Shown here: positions 34,540 through 45,191 of the stretch, in pieces
How positions within the stretch are numbered: the stretch's first letter is position 1
Layout of the letters: each line of letters starts with the position of its first letter
Virus record (IMG/VR): IMGVR_UViG_3300036770_007547
Location: 124,001-188,000 of that record
Direction: 5' to 3' (one strand)
DNA: 64,000 bases
Notes under the pieces: generated by a model
Databases searched by the model: none
The model's input: the letters and a program-made list of their open reading frames with translations, nothing else
Told to the model about the DNA's origin: nothing
Made by a program: the position numbers and the translations under genes

Positions 34540-37092
34540 ATGGCTGATGTTTCCAAACTCAGCGCCCGACGAGCGCAGCTCATTGACCAGATATCAAATC
34601 TCGCAGCCGAAATCGAAAGCCTGCGGCGAGCCCTGCGTGATTTACAGAGCCGCTTGTCTGTAACACCAGACGAAACCAATCGCCAGCGCATACAACGCAC
34701 CATCAACGACATCAATGCTCGTTTACAGGAACGCACGGCCCAAGAATCGAGATTGAAGCAAGAACTGGATTCGGTGAATCAACAAATTTCAGTGGCAGCC
34801 AAATCCACACAAGGTCCAGTGGTCAGTGCTGGTACTGTGGTGCGCGAGGGACAGGCAGCTCGCGACGACGGGGCTGGCATCGCAAATCCATCACCCACGG
34901 TGGCCTCGGCCGCCGGTCCCGGCATCAGCAACGCCCAACCGTTCCAACCCAATCCCACCGAAGGCATCAATGCACAGACGCGCCCCATCTCTGCCACGCA
35001 GCAGATACCACCGCCTACCGCGCCTGATCCCATACCCAGCCAATGGGAGGCCGAGGGATTTGATGACCCCACAGCCACATCAGTTGATGCCAATCAAACA
35101 CCGCAGAGACCAACCCCAACACAGCAGCGCGGCACCGGTAGTCCAAGCGACGATGCAGTGCAACCGGCCACGCCCACATCCACAGTGGATTCTGCCGGAT
35201 CCAGTTTGGTCAGTCGGTTTGATCGTGCCATCGTACCACAAGACAATGTGCTAGACAAATATGCCAGTTACACCTATAGCCTCAGCATCTACATCATGAG
35301 TCCTCAAGCCTATTCACAAATGCTGAGTAGCAAGCGTAAAACACTGAATGGGTCCAACCTATTGATACAAAGCGGTGGTGCTCCCATCACAGGACGCAAT
35401 CAAGAATTTCCCCTGGACTTTTACATCGATGACATGGAAATGGAACAAGTCATGCCCGGACGCGGCACACACATGGCTCACAATGTCACCAAAATGAAGT
35501 TTCGTATATTTGAGCCCAATGGCATTTCATTGCTGCCTAGGCTGTATGCCGCTGCCAAAAAATACGTGGCCAACACAGCCACCACTGGTCAGACCGATCC
35601 CGGAGAAAATCCCTCCACAGTGAAATCCAGCAATGCCAATCAAAACTATGCCGCGCAAAACTATCTCATGGTGATACGTTTTTATGGCTACGATGATCAA
35701 GGCAACATCATAACCGATCCCACTAGCTACGATGCAGCGCAACGCACCGATGCCAATGCCATCGTGGAAAAGTTCATACCATTCCAATTCACCAACATAC
35801 GATTCAAGATCGCCAACAAGATCACCGAGTACGATTGTGAATGCGTGTGTCCGCAAAATCAAGTGGCCATGGGACAAGGTCGCGGCGTGATCCCTTTCAA
35901 CATCGAGCTCACGGCCACCACATTGAAAAATCTATTGGGAGCCACGGTGCTCAACAATTCGGCACAGGATCCCGGAGCCAACGCACGCGATCAAAACACC
36001 ACTGCTGGTGCTCCCGAGAAAGCCAACTCAGCACCAAGTCCCACGTTGGTGACTGGCCTGGCCGAGGCATTGAATCGATTCCAAGACGAATTGGTGGCCA
36101 AGGGTGTGTACACCAAACCGGATCGATACAAGTTCGTGATCAGTCATTCCGAACTGGCCGAGTCATCGGTGGTGCCGCCCGGTCCCGTCGACAAGAAACT
36201 CACACCCAACGTGACCCCAAACACCGCGGGACAAGCCAAAGACCCCGACCAACAAAGCGTGAACAACAATGCCAAAACATCGTCGAGCACGGCTGGACAA
36301 AGCATCATGCAGTTCCTCAACATGGCAGTGCAAAGAACCGAGTTCATAACCAATCAGCAAACCAAACTCAAGACCAAGGACGAAAATGGCAATCCCAAAG
36401 AGCTGCCAGCAGCATCGGCATCGTCGGCCATGGCCTGGTTTCGCGTGGGCGTGCAAGCCAAGCCCATTGGTGATGTCATAGATCCCAAGCGCGGTGACTA
36501 TCCCTACGAGATCACATACGAGATCGCGCCGTTTGGAATCAATGACATGAAAAGCGAATATTTTCCGGGTGGAAAATTCCGAGGCACACAAAAACGCTAT
36601 GCCTATTGGTTTTCGGGAGAAAACACACAGATATTGGATTTTGAACAGGATTTCAACTATCTCTACTACATCACTGTGACCGGCAGCCAGAAAGATCCTT
36701 CACAAAACACTGCCAGTTATCGCGAAGTCGAGCGCAGGATCTATGCAGCAGCCAGCCCGGAATCCACGCAAGGTGCTGAAAATGGTGTGTTTGATCCCGT
36801 GGCCACTGCCGCTGACTATCTCTACAGTCCCAGTGACTTTGCCAAAACACGCATGACCATACTGGGAGATCCGGCTTGGATCGCCCAAGGCGAAGTATGG
36901 TCGGGCATACGTGGACTCACCAACAACAGTTCGTCATCGGGACAAGATGCCTACTTTGATGCATTCTTGTCGGATGGCACCATAAATTTTGACAGCCAGG
37001 AAGCACTGTTTGAGCTCAGCTGGAATCTGCCCGAAGACTACAATCTGTACACCGGTCTCATGGGCATACAAGGTGACAGGACCAATCGATAA
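34540..37092 (+). CDS. Baseplate hub protein (gp27-like), N-terminal/major part
   Basis: Lies between gp53 and gp5. NVLDKYASYTY, FEPNG.SL, K.Y.YWFSGEN..ILDF and ILGDP.WI motifs. Confidence 0.6.
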   Translation: MADVSKLSARRAQLIDQISNLAAEIESLRRALRDLQSRLSVTPDETNRQRIQRTINDINARLQERTAQESRLKQELDSVNQQISVAAKSTQGPVVSAGTVVREGQAARDDGAGIANPSPTVASAAGPGISNAQPFQPNPTEGINAQTRPISATQQIPPPTAPDPIPSQWEAEGFDDPTATSVDANQTPQRPTPTQQRGTGSPSDDAVQPATPTSTVDSAGSSLVSRFDRAIVPQDNVLDKYASYTYSLSIYIMSPQAYSQMLSSKRKTLNGSNLLIQSGGAPITGRNQEFPLDFYIDDMEMEQVMPGRGTHMAHNVTKMKFRIFEPNGISLLPRLYAAAKKYVANTATTGQTDPGENPSTVKSSNANQNYAAQNYLMVIRFYGYDDQGNIITDPTSYDAAQRTDANAIVEKFIPFQFTNIRFKIANKITEYDCECVCPQNQVAMGQGRGVIPFNIELTATTLKNLLGATVLNNSAQDPGANARDQNTTAGAPEKANSAPSPTLVTGLAEALNRFQDELVAKGVYTKPDRYKFVISHSELAESSVVPPGPVDKKLTPNVTPNTAGQAKDPDQQSVNNNAKTSSSTAGQSIMQFLNMAVQRTEFITNQQTKLKTKDENGNPKELPAASASSAMAWFRVGVQAKPIGDVIDPKRGDYPYEITYEIAPFGINDMKSEYFPGGKFRGTQKRYAYWFSGENTQILDFEQDFNYLYYITVTGSQKDPSQNTASYREVERRIYAAASPESTQGAENGVFDPVATAADYLYSPSDFAKTRMTILGDPAWIAQGEVWSGIRGLTNNSSSSGQDAYFDAFLSDGTINFDSQEALFELSWNLPEDYNLYTGLMGIQGDRTNR

Positions 37093-38552
37093 TGTCGGTC
37101 AATGAATTATTGATAGAGATAAGGAAACTGCAAGACCAAAAGCAGACACTGTCTGCCGAAGTCAATTCGGCCACCCAAGCTGCATTGGAGGCCTATGATC
37201 GTGTCAAGGCATCCTACAACGATCGCAACGATCCACCTTACAACGCCGACGGACAAAACTTCGCTGACAAGCAAGCCTACACCAATTATCTGCGCTCGCG
37301 TTACAACACGGCCATGTATCAACGACGGGTGTTGCAGAATCAACTCAATGATGTGACACGACAGATATCGCAGCTAGAACAACAGATCAACGAGACCCGT
37401 ACCGATCAAGGCACCGGGGTCACTGCGTTGACTCTCAGAAACGGTGACGTGGTGGCAGTGTCCAGCCAAAGCCAGATCGAAAATCTCCTGGATCAAGGTC
37501 GTATCAGTGAGGCTCAGGCCGAAACCGCGAGATCGGCATTGACCGAGTCCCAACGCGGCCAACCCGTGGCCAAGGCCCGCGCCGATCAAGGACCGGGCAC
37601 AGTGTCAGCTGGCGAGATCGTGCTCGAAGATTCGCGAGCACGCGGAGAAAGTGCCACATATCAGGCTCCACCATTGCCGCAAGGATCGTCACAGCCCATA
37701 AACGAGGAAACGCTGGGAGAAAGCAATGCTGTTCCCAGCGTGTTGCCCCAGCCAACTCCGTTGTCTCCGCCAGCTGCATTGCCACCAGGCGGAGATCCTG
37801 ATCTAGCGGCCCAGGCCAGACCCGAACCTTCGGTGACCACCAGCTCGGGTGTGGACAGCCTAGAAACTTACTTGCCATCAAGCACCACAGTCAACTACAT
37901 TTACAAGGCCACGCTGTGTGTGAGCAAATTCAGCAAAGGGCGATTCACGCAGGATCTAGAAGGCGTGTTGTTGACTTTTCCCGGACAAGACATCGGCAAA
38001 GACACCGGTACTTTCCAGACTTCGGCCACGGTCGACTCTGCAAGAGAGTCACAAACACCCAATGCCACGAACAATCGTGCGGGCACTGGCACACAGGCCA
38101 ATCCTCAGACCACCAGCGTGGGTTCCAGCAACGGTATCAGCTATCAAGGCACGCCCACGGGTACCACCCAAGGCGTGGTCAAACCAGCCGCTGTGGATGC
38201 GTCGCAGAGCGGCGATCCAACTGCCACTCGTGGATCGATCAACCCACGCACGCTGGCCCCAGCAGCCACAGCCACACCGCCCACCAGTGACAGCCAACCC
38301 GTGGGCTTACAAGCACCACCGGCGGTGGGCACCAACAGCGCCGATGTGTCTATACAGGTATTCTTGACCAACGGCAGCGTGAGAACCGCGACCACGGAAG
38401 CACAGATACAAGAACTTTTTATACAAGGTCAGATAACTGCCCTCGAGCGAACACAGGCCATAAATGGCCTGCAGATCAAACAACGATCGGCGCAGAGTTC
38501 CAGCACAAACACAGTACCACAACGAATAGTAAAGGACGACAATGGCGGATAA
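37092..38552 (+). CDS. Baseplate-associated protein carrying the probable terminal strands of the hub domain
   Basis: TAATG-coupled. Coiled-coil N-terminus, low-complexity body and an internal YKAT..VSKFSKGRFTQDLEG motif. Confidence 0.55.
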   Translation: MSVNELLIEIRKLQDQKQTLSAEVNSATQAALEAYDRVKASYNDRNDPPYNADGQNFADKQAYTNYLRSRYNTAMYQRRVLQNQLNDVTRQISQLEQQINETRTDQGTGVTALTLRNGDVVAVSSQSQIENLLDQGRISEAQAETARSALTESQRGQPVAKARADQGPGTVSAGEIVLEDSRARGESATYQAPPLPQGSSQPINEETLGESNAVPSVLPQPTPLSPPAALPPGGDPDLAAQARPEPSVTTSSGVDSLETYLPSSTTVNYIYKATLCVSKFSKGRFTQDLEGVLLTFPGQDIGKDTGTFQTSATVDSARESQTPNATNNRAGTGTQANPQTTSVGSSNGISYQGTPTGTTQGVVKPAAVDASQSGDPTATRGSINPRTLAPAATATPPTSDSQPVGLQAPPAVGTNSADVSIQVFLTNGSVRTATTEAQIQELFIQGQITALERTQAINGLQIKQRSAQSSSTNTVPQRIVKDDNGG

Positions 38553-41244
38553 CATCATTCGCACCAAAGGACGTGGTGCCAGTTACAAGTTTGACAAAGG
38601 CGGTGTTCCCGCCGAATTTGGTCCCTATATTGGTGTGATCAAAAACAACATCGATCCCACGAGATCGGGTCGTTTGCAGGTGTACATCGAACAATTGGGC
38701 GGCAACAATCCTGATGATCCCAGTCTGTGGAGAACCGTGAGCTATTGCCCGCCTTTCTATGGTGTGACTCCCAGGAACAACGCCACAGGCAGTGCTGGTA
38801 CCGGTACCTACAAAGGCAATCAGCAGAGTTACGGCATGTGGTTCACTCCGCCCGACCTCGGCGTGCAAGTGATATGCTTTTTCGTGGCCGGAGATCCCAA
38901 TCAAGGCTATTGGTTGGCCTGTGTGCCTGATCCAGGTGTCACCCACATGATCCCGGCCATTGGTGCCAGCCGTAACTATATCACCAAAAACAGTCAGCAA
39001 GAAACTGAGATATCTGCTGCCGATGCAAAACAAATGCCGGTGGTAGAAATCAATCAGGACAATCCGGGTCTTGAAGAGAGTCCAAGATTTTTTGATCAAG
39101 AAAAACCCATACACGATTATGTTTACACAGTGTTGTTGAACCAAGGGTTGTTGGGTGACTATATCCGTGGTCCCATATCAAGCTCGGCACAACGCGAAAG
39201 TCCCAGCTCGGTGTTTGGGATGAGCAGTCCCGGACGACCCATCTACCAAGGTGTGAGCGGCATACAAAGCGAAGAAGAAGTGCTGGCCAAGGTGCAGTCG
39301 GGTGCCATCAAGATCGAAGATGTCAAGATTGAAGGACGACGTGGTGGACACAGCATCATCATGGACGATGGTGATCTGCGCGGTCGCGACAATCTCATAC
39401 GCATACGCACAGCCAAGGGACATCAGATCACCATGAGCGATGAAGCTGATTGTCTCTACATCATCGCAGCCAATGGTCAGACCTGGATCGAGCTGGGCAG
39501 CGAGGGAACTGTGGACGTGTATTCCACCAATTCAGTGAACGTGCGCAGCCAAGGTGAGATCAATCTCCATGCTGACAAAAACATCAACATCAATGCCGGT
39601 GAAAATCTCAACATCCGTGCCAAAAACATGCAGGTTGAGACCAAAGAAACATTGAACATGTCGGCCAGCACCGATTTCACTCTTTACAGCAAAACCAAAC
39701 TGGGCGTCAAAAGCGATGGTGGCATCAACCTGGATGCCAAGACCGGTGGCTGGAAAGCATCGGGTGGTCTCAAACTGCGCGGCAGCCGTATCGACCTCAA
39801 TGGAGGCAGCGCACCGGAATCTGTGACTGCTCCCAAGGTGTTGGTGGAATACAAGTTGGACGACACCAAGTTTGTGGCCGGCACCGGATGGCAAAAACAA
39901 GAAGGCACACTGGAAACCATAGTTCCGCGTGCGCCCACACACGAACCTTATCCCTATCACAATCGCGGCGTGCCCGTGGAAGTTGACCTGTCAGCATCGG
40001 CAAGTTCGCCACCGTCGCCGAGTGTGAGCCAGGCCCTGGGCACAGCATCTTCACAGGTACCATCGACCACGATCAATGCCGCAGATGTTCTCAGCACACC
40101 ACCGGCCAGTGTTGGTATCGGCAGCTTGGACAAATCACAAGTGAGTGGGCTGTTGGCCCAATCCAAGGCCATCACCAATCAAAACAGCAGTGTGTTCAGC
40201 ATCGACAAAGGCATCGGCGAATATGGACTGCAACCCGTGCAACTGGAATCCGCGGGCTATCTCAAACCCGGCACCATGCAACAGGCCTTGGCTGCAGTAC
40301 CATCGGCACCCACAGCCGCTGACATAGCCGAAGCCAATCGTCTCACCGGACTGGGACTCAATTATACCCCACAACAAGTGGCACAACAGCGCACGGTGCA
40401 GGAAATATTGTCTGCTCCCACGTCCTGGACTGGAAAGAGCGGAGTCAGCAGCTTCTCGTCGTTGTTGGGCGACAGCAATCTACAAAATCAAGTACAGCAA
40501 GGTCTATTGCAAAACAGCCTCTCTGGTCTGCAAACATCGGGCTTGGCCAAGGGCACAGAAAGTGCATCGGTGCTGGCACCATTGTTGGCAGTGGCATCAA
40601 AATTTGGAATAGCAAACACATCGTCGTTTGTGAAGGGTGTGGCCGCTCCAGACATCAACAGTGCCATGTCATCGTTGACTCGCAACTCTCAGTTTACCAC
40701 TTCTTTTATCACAGACAAGTTGGGCGCATTCACATCTTTGAGTCGGCGAGCAGCATCGGTGACCAATACTGTGAACCGAGCAGCGGTGGACTCAGCATTG
40801 ACAGCCAGCCTAGGCGATCCAAAAATCCCGGCTCCCAGTTACAAACCACAGGTACGCAAGGAAGATCAGCCGTCTCAGTTCCAAGATCAACGCGACTCGT
40901 TCCAAGACAAAGTAGATGAAGCATCGATATTTTTCAGCGGAGTCAAGACTCAGCTAGATGCTCTCTATGATTCGGCACAGGCCCTTAGATCCAGCGACAA
41001 CATCAGTGCATCCCAAGTCGACGCACTTGAAAGCCGTCTCACCTCAGTGCGCAATCTTTACAACAACAACCGGGAAAAATATCTGCAGCCCATACAAGAC
41101 GCAGTGAATTCGGCCCCCATCGAACTCCGCGATGAATTCAACAGCCAATATCTCGGTTACACGCGGCAAATACGCATATTACAGGGATTGGTGGCCAGCG
41201 TGCGCGAGATCATAGCTGAACTACGGGCAAGACAGACCACATAA
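38542..41244 (+). CDS. gp5: Baseplate central spike (gp5/VgrG-like)
   Basis: OB-fold DPTRSGRLQV...W...PPDLGVQV.C.F, GH.I.MDD / RTAKGH beta-helix repeats and PTHEPY..H motif. Confidence 0.85.
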   Translation: MADNIIRTKGRGASYKFDKGGVPAEFGPYIGVIKNNIDPTRSGRLQVYIEQLGGNNPDDPSLWRTVSYCPPFYGVTPRNNATGSAGTGTYKGNQQSYGMWFTPPDLGVQVICFFVAGDPNQGYWLACVPDPGVTHMIPAIGASRNYITKNSQQETEISAADAKQMPVVEINQDNPGLEESPRFFDQEKPIHDYVYTVLLNQGLLGDYIRGPISSSAQRESPSSVFGMSSPGRPIYQGVSGIQSEEEVLAKVQSGAIKIEDVKIEGRRGGHSIIMDDGDLRGRDNLIRIRTAKGHQITMSDEADCLYIIAANGQTWIELGSEGTVDVYSTNSVNVRSQGEINLHADKNININAGENLNIRAKNMQVETKETLNMSASTDFTLYSKTKLGVKSDGGINLDAKTGGWKASGGLKLRGSRIDLNGGSAPESVTAPKVLVEYKLDDTKFVAGTGWQKQEGTLETIVPRAPTHEPYPYHNRGVPVEVDLSASASSPPSPSVSQALGTASSQVPSTTINAADVLSTPPASVGIGSLDKSQVSGLLAQSKAITNQNSSVFSIDKGIGEYGLQPVQLESAGYLKPGTMQQALAAVPSAPTAADIAEANRLTGLGLNYTPQQVAQQRTVQEILSAPTSWTGKSGVSSFSSLLGDSNLQNQVQQGLLQNSLSGLQTSGLAKGTESASVLAPLLAVASKFGIANTSSFVKGVAAPDINSAMSSLTRNSQFTTSFITDKLGAFTSLSRRAASVTNTVNRAAVDSALTASLGDPKIPAPSYKPQVRKEDQPSQFQDQRDSFQDKVDEASIFFSGVKTQLDALYDSAQALRSSDNISASQVDALESRLTSVRNLYNNNREKYLQPIQDAVNSAPIELRDEFNSQYLGYTRQIRILQGLVASVREIIAELRARQTT

Positions 41245-41247
41245 ATA
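41241..41247 (+). promoter_or_regulatory. Late promoter containing the gp5 stop codon
   Basis: ATAAATA lies 4 nt before the gp25 ATG. Confidence 0.65.
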
Positions 41248-41251
41248 GTGC

Positions 41252-41626
41252 ATGCCTACGTTTATCGGTTTCAACACCATCAATCAATACAAAAAATTCA
41301 CGCTCACTGACTTTGACTTGGTCAAGAGAGATCTTTCCAACGCTTTGAACATACAGCAAGGTGAGATTCCCGGGAGACCGCAATACGGCACCACCATATG
41401 GAGCTACATTTTTGAAAACCAAAGTCCCGAGACCAATCAAGCCATACTGCAAGAATTGCAACGAGTGATCGAGCTTGATCCTCGCATCTTTGTCAGCAAC
41501 GCTCGGGTATATCCTCAGCAAAATGGGGTGCTAATCGAACTCGAAGTCACAGTGGCACCCACGACCACACCACAACTGTTGCAACTGTTTTTTGATCAGC
41601 AGACACGACAAGCCATCGCTATCTAA
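41252..41626 (+). CDS. gp25: Baseplate wedge subunit (gp25)
   Basis: LVKRDL.N....GE...P.YG......IFE...DPR motif. Confidence 0.9.
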   Translation: MPTFIGFNTINQYKKFTLTDFDLVKRDLSNALNIQQGEIPGRPQYGTTIWSYIFENQSPETNQAILQELQRVIELDPRIFVSNARVYPQQNGVLIELEVTVAPTTTPQLLQLFFDQQTRQAIAI

Positions 41627-41648
41627 AACTGTGTAGTTTATAGCGTCG

Positions 41649-41655
41649 ATAAATA
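41649..41655 (+). promoter_or_regulatory. Late promoter upstream of gp6
   Basis: ATAAATA lies 20 nt before the ATG. Confidence 0.65.
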
Positions 41656-41675
41656 TCGGATACACAGGTAAAGAC

Positions 41676-44600
41676 ATGGCCAAGACCACAAGACAGACCG
41701 CGATATTTGGTGTAGAGGATTGGAAAAGACTCTACCAGACCTATCGCGAAGCCGATTTCCAGAGCTACGATTTCGAGACTCTGCGCAAGAGCTTCGTTGA
41801 TTATCTGCGTTTGTACTATCCCGAAAGCTTCAACGACTACATCGAAAGCAGCGAATTCATTGCCTTGCTGGATGTGATGGCGTTCATGGGACAGGCCCTG
41901 GCCTTCCGCAACGATCTCAATGCACGTGAAAACTTCCTAGACACCGCCGAGCGCCGAGACAGCGTGGTGAGACTGGCCAATCTCGTGGGTTATACACCCA
42001 AGCGCAACGTGCCAGCCGAAGGCTACATCAAGATCATGAGTGTGAGCACCTCGGAAAGCATCACCGATTTCAACGGAGTCAATCTCAGCAACGTGACCAT
42101 AGACTGGGATGATCCTGCCAACCCCAATTGGCTTGAACAGTTTACTACGGTGGTAAACGCGGCCCTGGTGGACAGTCAAAAGTACGGGCGTCCCGGAAAT
42201 CGCCAAACCATACAGGGCGTGGACACCGATGAATACACCATCAATCTGGTCCCGGGATTCTTGCCAGTGATCCCTTATGTGTCCATCGTTGACGGTGTCA
42301 GCATGCCATTTGAAGTGGTCAGTGCCACCAGTACCGGAAAAAATTTCATTTACGAGCCTGCACCACAACCGTCAGGCGCATTCAACATGCTGTATCGCAA
42401 CGACGGCCAAGGGTTTGGCAGCAACGACACTGGGTTCTTCTTTTTGTTCAAGCAAGGCGTGTTGCAAAATCAAGACTTCAATCTCGCCGAAGCTTTGCCC
42501 AACCGAGTGGTCAACATCAACATCGAAGGTTGTAATCAAAACGATCATTGGCTGTTCAAGCTCGATGATGTGGGCAGCATTGAAAGCGAATGGCAGTACG
42601 TGGACAATGTTTTTGCTGGTGCCACCGAACAGCTGGCGCCGGATCAGCGCAAATTCTACACCATCACCAGCCGCACCAATGATCAGATCTCGCTGAGATT
42701 CGGTGACGGTGTGTTCAGCAGCATACCCGTGGGTATCTTCCGTGCCTATGTGCGTGCATCAAATGGATTGGAATACATCATCAATCCCGAAGAGATGCAA
42801 AACATACTGTTGCCCATCAGCTACATCAGTCGTCGTGGTCGCTTGGAAACCATTACATTCACTTGCAGCGTGATGTCGCCGGTCACAAATGCTCAAGCCC
42901 GCGAAAGCATCGCTGAAATCAAGCAGCGTGCCCCGGCCCGTTACTACACGCAGAATCGTATGGTCAACGGCGAGGACTACAACAATTTTCCATTTACACA
43001 ATTCAACTCGATCATCAAGAGCAAGGCTGTGGCTCGCAGTTCTATTGGAACCAGCCGCTACGTAGATCTCACCGACATCACTGGCAAATATTCCAGCACC
43101 AATATATTTGGCAGTGATGGCATGATCTATCGAGAAAATACACTGCCTTCAGTGGAGTTTACCTGGCTCAATCGCAACGACATCGTTGACACCATCAAGA
43201 ATTCTGTGGAACCGTTGATCAGCAGCCGAGGCATGCTGCAATTTTACTATCAGAATTTCCCAAGACCTTCTCTGTCTGTGCTCAATGCCGGGTGGCAGCA
43301 AAGCACCACATTGGTGAACGAGACCACGGGATTTTTCTATCAAGGCAACAGCACGAGACCGCTGCCTATAGGTCCTTACACCAGCAACAATGCGCAATAC
43401 GTGACTGTGGGCAGTCTAGTAAAGTTTGTTCCGCCTTCGGGCTACTTCTTTGATGCCAACAATCGACTGCGTGCTGGAACACCCACACGTGCCGATGAAA
43501 AATTGGTGGTCTGGGCCACAGTGACCAACGTGGTGCTTGAAGGGACCAATCAAGGTCTGGGCAACCTACCCAATGGTGTAGGTCCAGTCACGCTCAACAA
43601 CTTTGTGCCCACGGGCGCTCTAGCCGAATTGGTGATTCCCAAGTTCTCCATAGATCTTCCCGACAGCCTCGAGCAACAGATGATCCAACAGATCGAACTG
43701 TATCGTAATTTTGCCATTGGATACGACAATCTCAACAGCACTTGGTATCTCATCATTTCCAGCAATCTCAACGAAAATGCTGTGTTCAGCCGTACCTATG
43801 CAAAAAACACCCAGGGTCTCAATCTAGATGCATCCTGGTTGGTGCAATTTACCACCGACGGTGTCACATACACTGTGAACAGTCGCAGCCTTGACTACAA
43901 ATTTGCCTCGGTGTTGCAGACACGATTCTTCTACGCAGGATCCGGACAAGTCTATGACAACAAGACCGGCAGCGTGATCAACGATTTCGTCAATGTGCTC
44001 AAGGTCAATGCCCTGCCCGACAGCAATCTCCCATTGCCCACCGACATCGTCATGGACATCATTGGACAGCCGTTGCAAAGCGATGGTTTTGTCAACGACT
44101 ACGAAGTGGTGATCAGCTACAAAGACAGTGACGCAGATGGTGTGGCCGACGATCCTGATTTCTTTGAAACCATAGTGGCTCCCAATGTCAGTCCGGCCAA
44201 CAAACTGGTGTTCTTCCAGCAGGTCACTGACTTTGACAATCTCGAACGCTACCTGCCTTTGACTCCCGGCGAAGTCAACAGCGGATTTGACACTGTGCAA
44301 GACATTGAGCTGGTAAAGGCCGAGTTCATCAACGGGCAAATATTTTATGCACGCACCCAAAACACGTTCTGGGAACTCAAGATCGAACTGATCAATGGAT
44401 TGATCACACGCACTTTGGTACCTCGTTTGGATTTCCTGGCACGCATTGGGCGCGGCGATCTCGCTTTCCAATACCGCCACAACAGTCCATTGACCAATGT
44501 GATTGATCCCGGAACCACGAACATCATTGATCTTTACTTGGTCACCGACAGCTACTACACACAGTATCAAAACTACATCAAAGACACCACTGGTTCCGTG

Positions 44601-45191
44601 CCCGAGCCAGCACCGCCCACCATCTCGGACCTTACTGCGGCCTACAACACACTCAACGAATACAAGATGGTGTCAGACAACATCGTTCTCAATTCAGTGA
44701 CGTTCAAGCCTTTGTTTGGTGCCAAGGCAGCCACCGAGCTGCGCGGTATCATCAAAGTGGTGCGTGCCCAAAACACCGTGGCTTCGGACAGTGAAATCAA
44801 GAGCCAGGTCATATCAAACATCAACAACTATTTCACCATCGACAAATGGGACTTTGGCGACAGCTTTTTCTTCTCGGAACTGGCAGCATATTTGCACGAG
44901 CGCCTGGGCTCCATCATCAGTTCAGTGGTGCTGGTGCCATTGAATCCGCTCAAAACTTTTGGAGACTTGTACGAAATACGTTCAGCGCCCAACGAAATTT
45001 TCGTCAGCGCAGCCACAGTCAGCGATGTGGAAGTCATTGATGCTCTCACACAAACCAACATCCGTAGTCAGACCAGCGTGGCTGGTTTGTATCCGGTAAG
45101 TACATTGGGATCACCGTCACAGACGGTGGGTCAAGCTGGAACCACACCGTTGGTGACTGGTAACAGCGGAACAGATTACGGGACTATTTGA
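41676..45191 (+). CDS. gp6: Baseplate wedge subunit (gp6)
   Basis: DFETLR, ENFLDTAERRDSV..LA...GY.P, FGDG.F and ESI.EIK..AP.....QNR.V..EDY motifs. Confidence 0.9.
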   Translation: MAKTTRQTAIFGVEDWKRLYQTYREADFQSYDFETLRKSFVDYLRLYYPESFNDYIESSEFIALLDVMAFMGQALAFRNDLNARENFLDTAERRDSVVRLANLVGYTPKRNVPAEGYIKIMSVSTSESITDFNGVNLSNVTIDWDDPANPNWLEQFTTVVNAALVDSQKYGRPGNRQTIQGVDTDEYTINLVPGFLPVIPYVSIVDGVSMPFEVVSATSTGKNFIYEPAPQPSGAFNMLYRNDGQGFGSNDTGFFFLFKQGVLQNQDFNLAEALPNRVVNINIEGCNQNDHWLFKLDDVGSIESEWQYVDNVFAGATEQLAPDQRKFYTITSRTNDQISLRFGDGVFSSIPVGIFRAYVRASNGLEYIINPEEMQNILLPISYISRRGRLETITFTCSVMSPVTNAQARESIAEIKQRAPARYYTQNRMVNGEDYNNFPFTQFNSIIKSKAVARSSIGTSRYVDLTDITGKYSSTNIFGSDGMIYRENTLPSVEFTWLNRNDIVDTIKNSVEPLISSRGMLQFYYQNFPRPSLSVLNAGWQQSTTLVNETTGFFYQGNSTRPLPIGPYTSNNAQYVTVGSLVKFVPPSGYFFDANNRLRAGTPTRADEKLVVWATVTNVVLEGTNQGLGNLPNGVGPVTLNNFVPTGALAELVIPKFSIDLPDSLEQQMIQQIELYRNFAIGYDNLNSTWYLIISSNLNENAVFSRTYAKNTQGLNLDASWLVQFTTDGVTYTVNSRSLDYKFASVLQTRFFYAGSGQVYDNKTGSVINDFVNVLKVNALPDSNLPLPTDIVMDIIGQPLQSDGFVNDYEVVISYKDSDADGVADDPDFFETIVAPNVSPANKLVFFQQVTDFDNLERYLPLTPGEVNSGFDTVQDIELVKAEFINGQIFYARTQNTFWELKIELINGLITRTLVPRLDFLARIGRGDLAFQYRHNSPLTNVIDPGTTNIIDLYLVTDSYYTQYQNYIKDTTGSVPEPAPPTISDLTAAYNTLNEYKMVSDNIVLNSVTFKPLFGAKAATELRGIIKVVRAQNTVASDSEIKSQVISNINNYFTIDKWDFGDSFFFSELAAYLHERLGSIISSVVLVPLNPLKTFGDLYEIRSAPNEIFVSAATVSDVEVIDALTQTNIRSQTSVAGLYPVSTLGSPSQTVGQAGTTPLVTGNSGTDYGTI

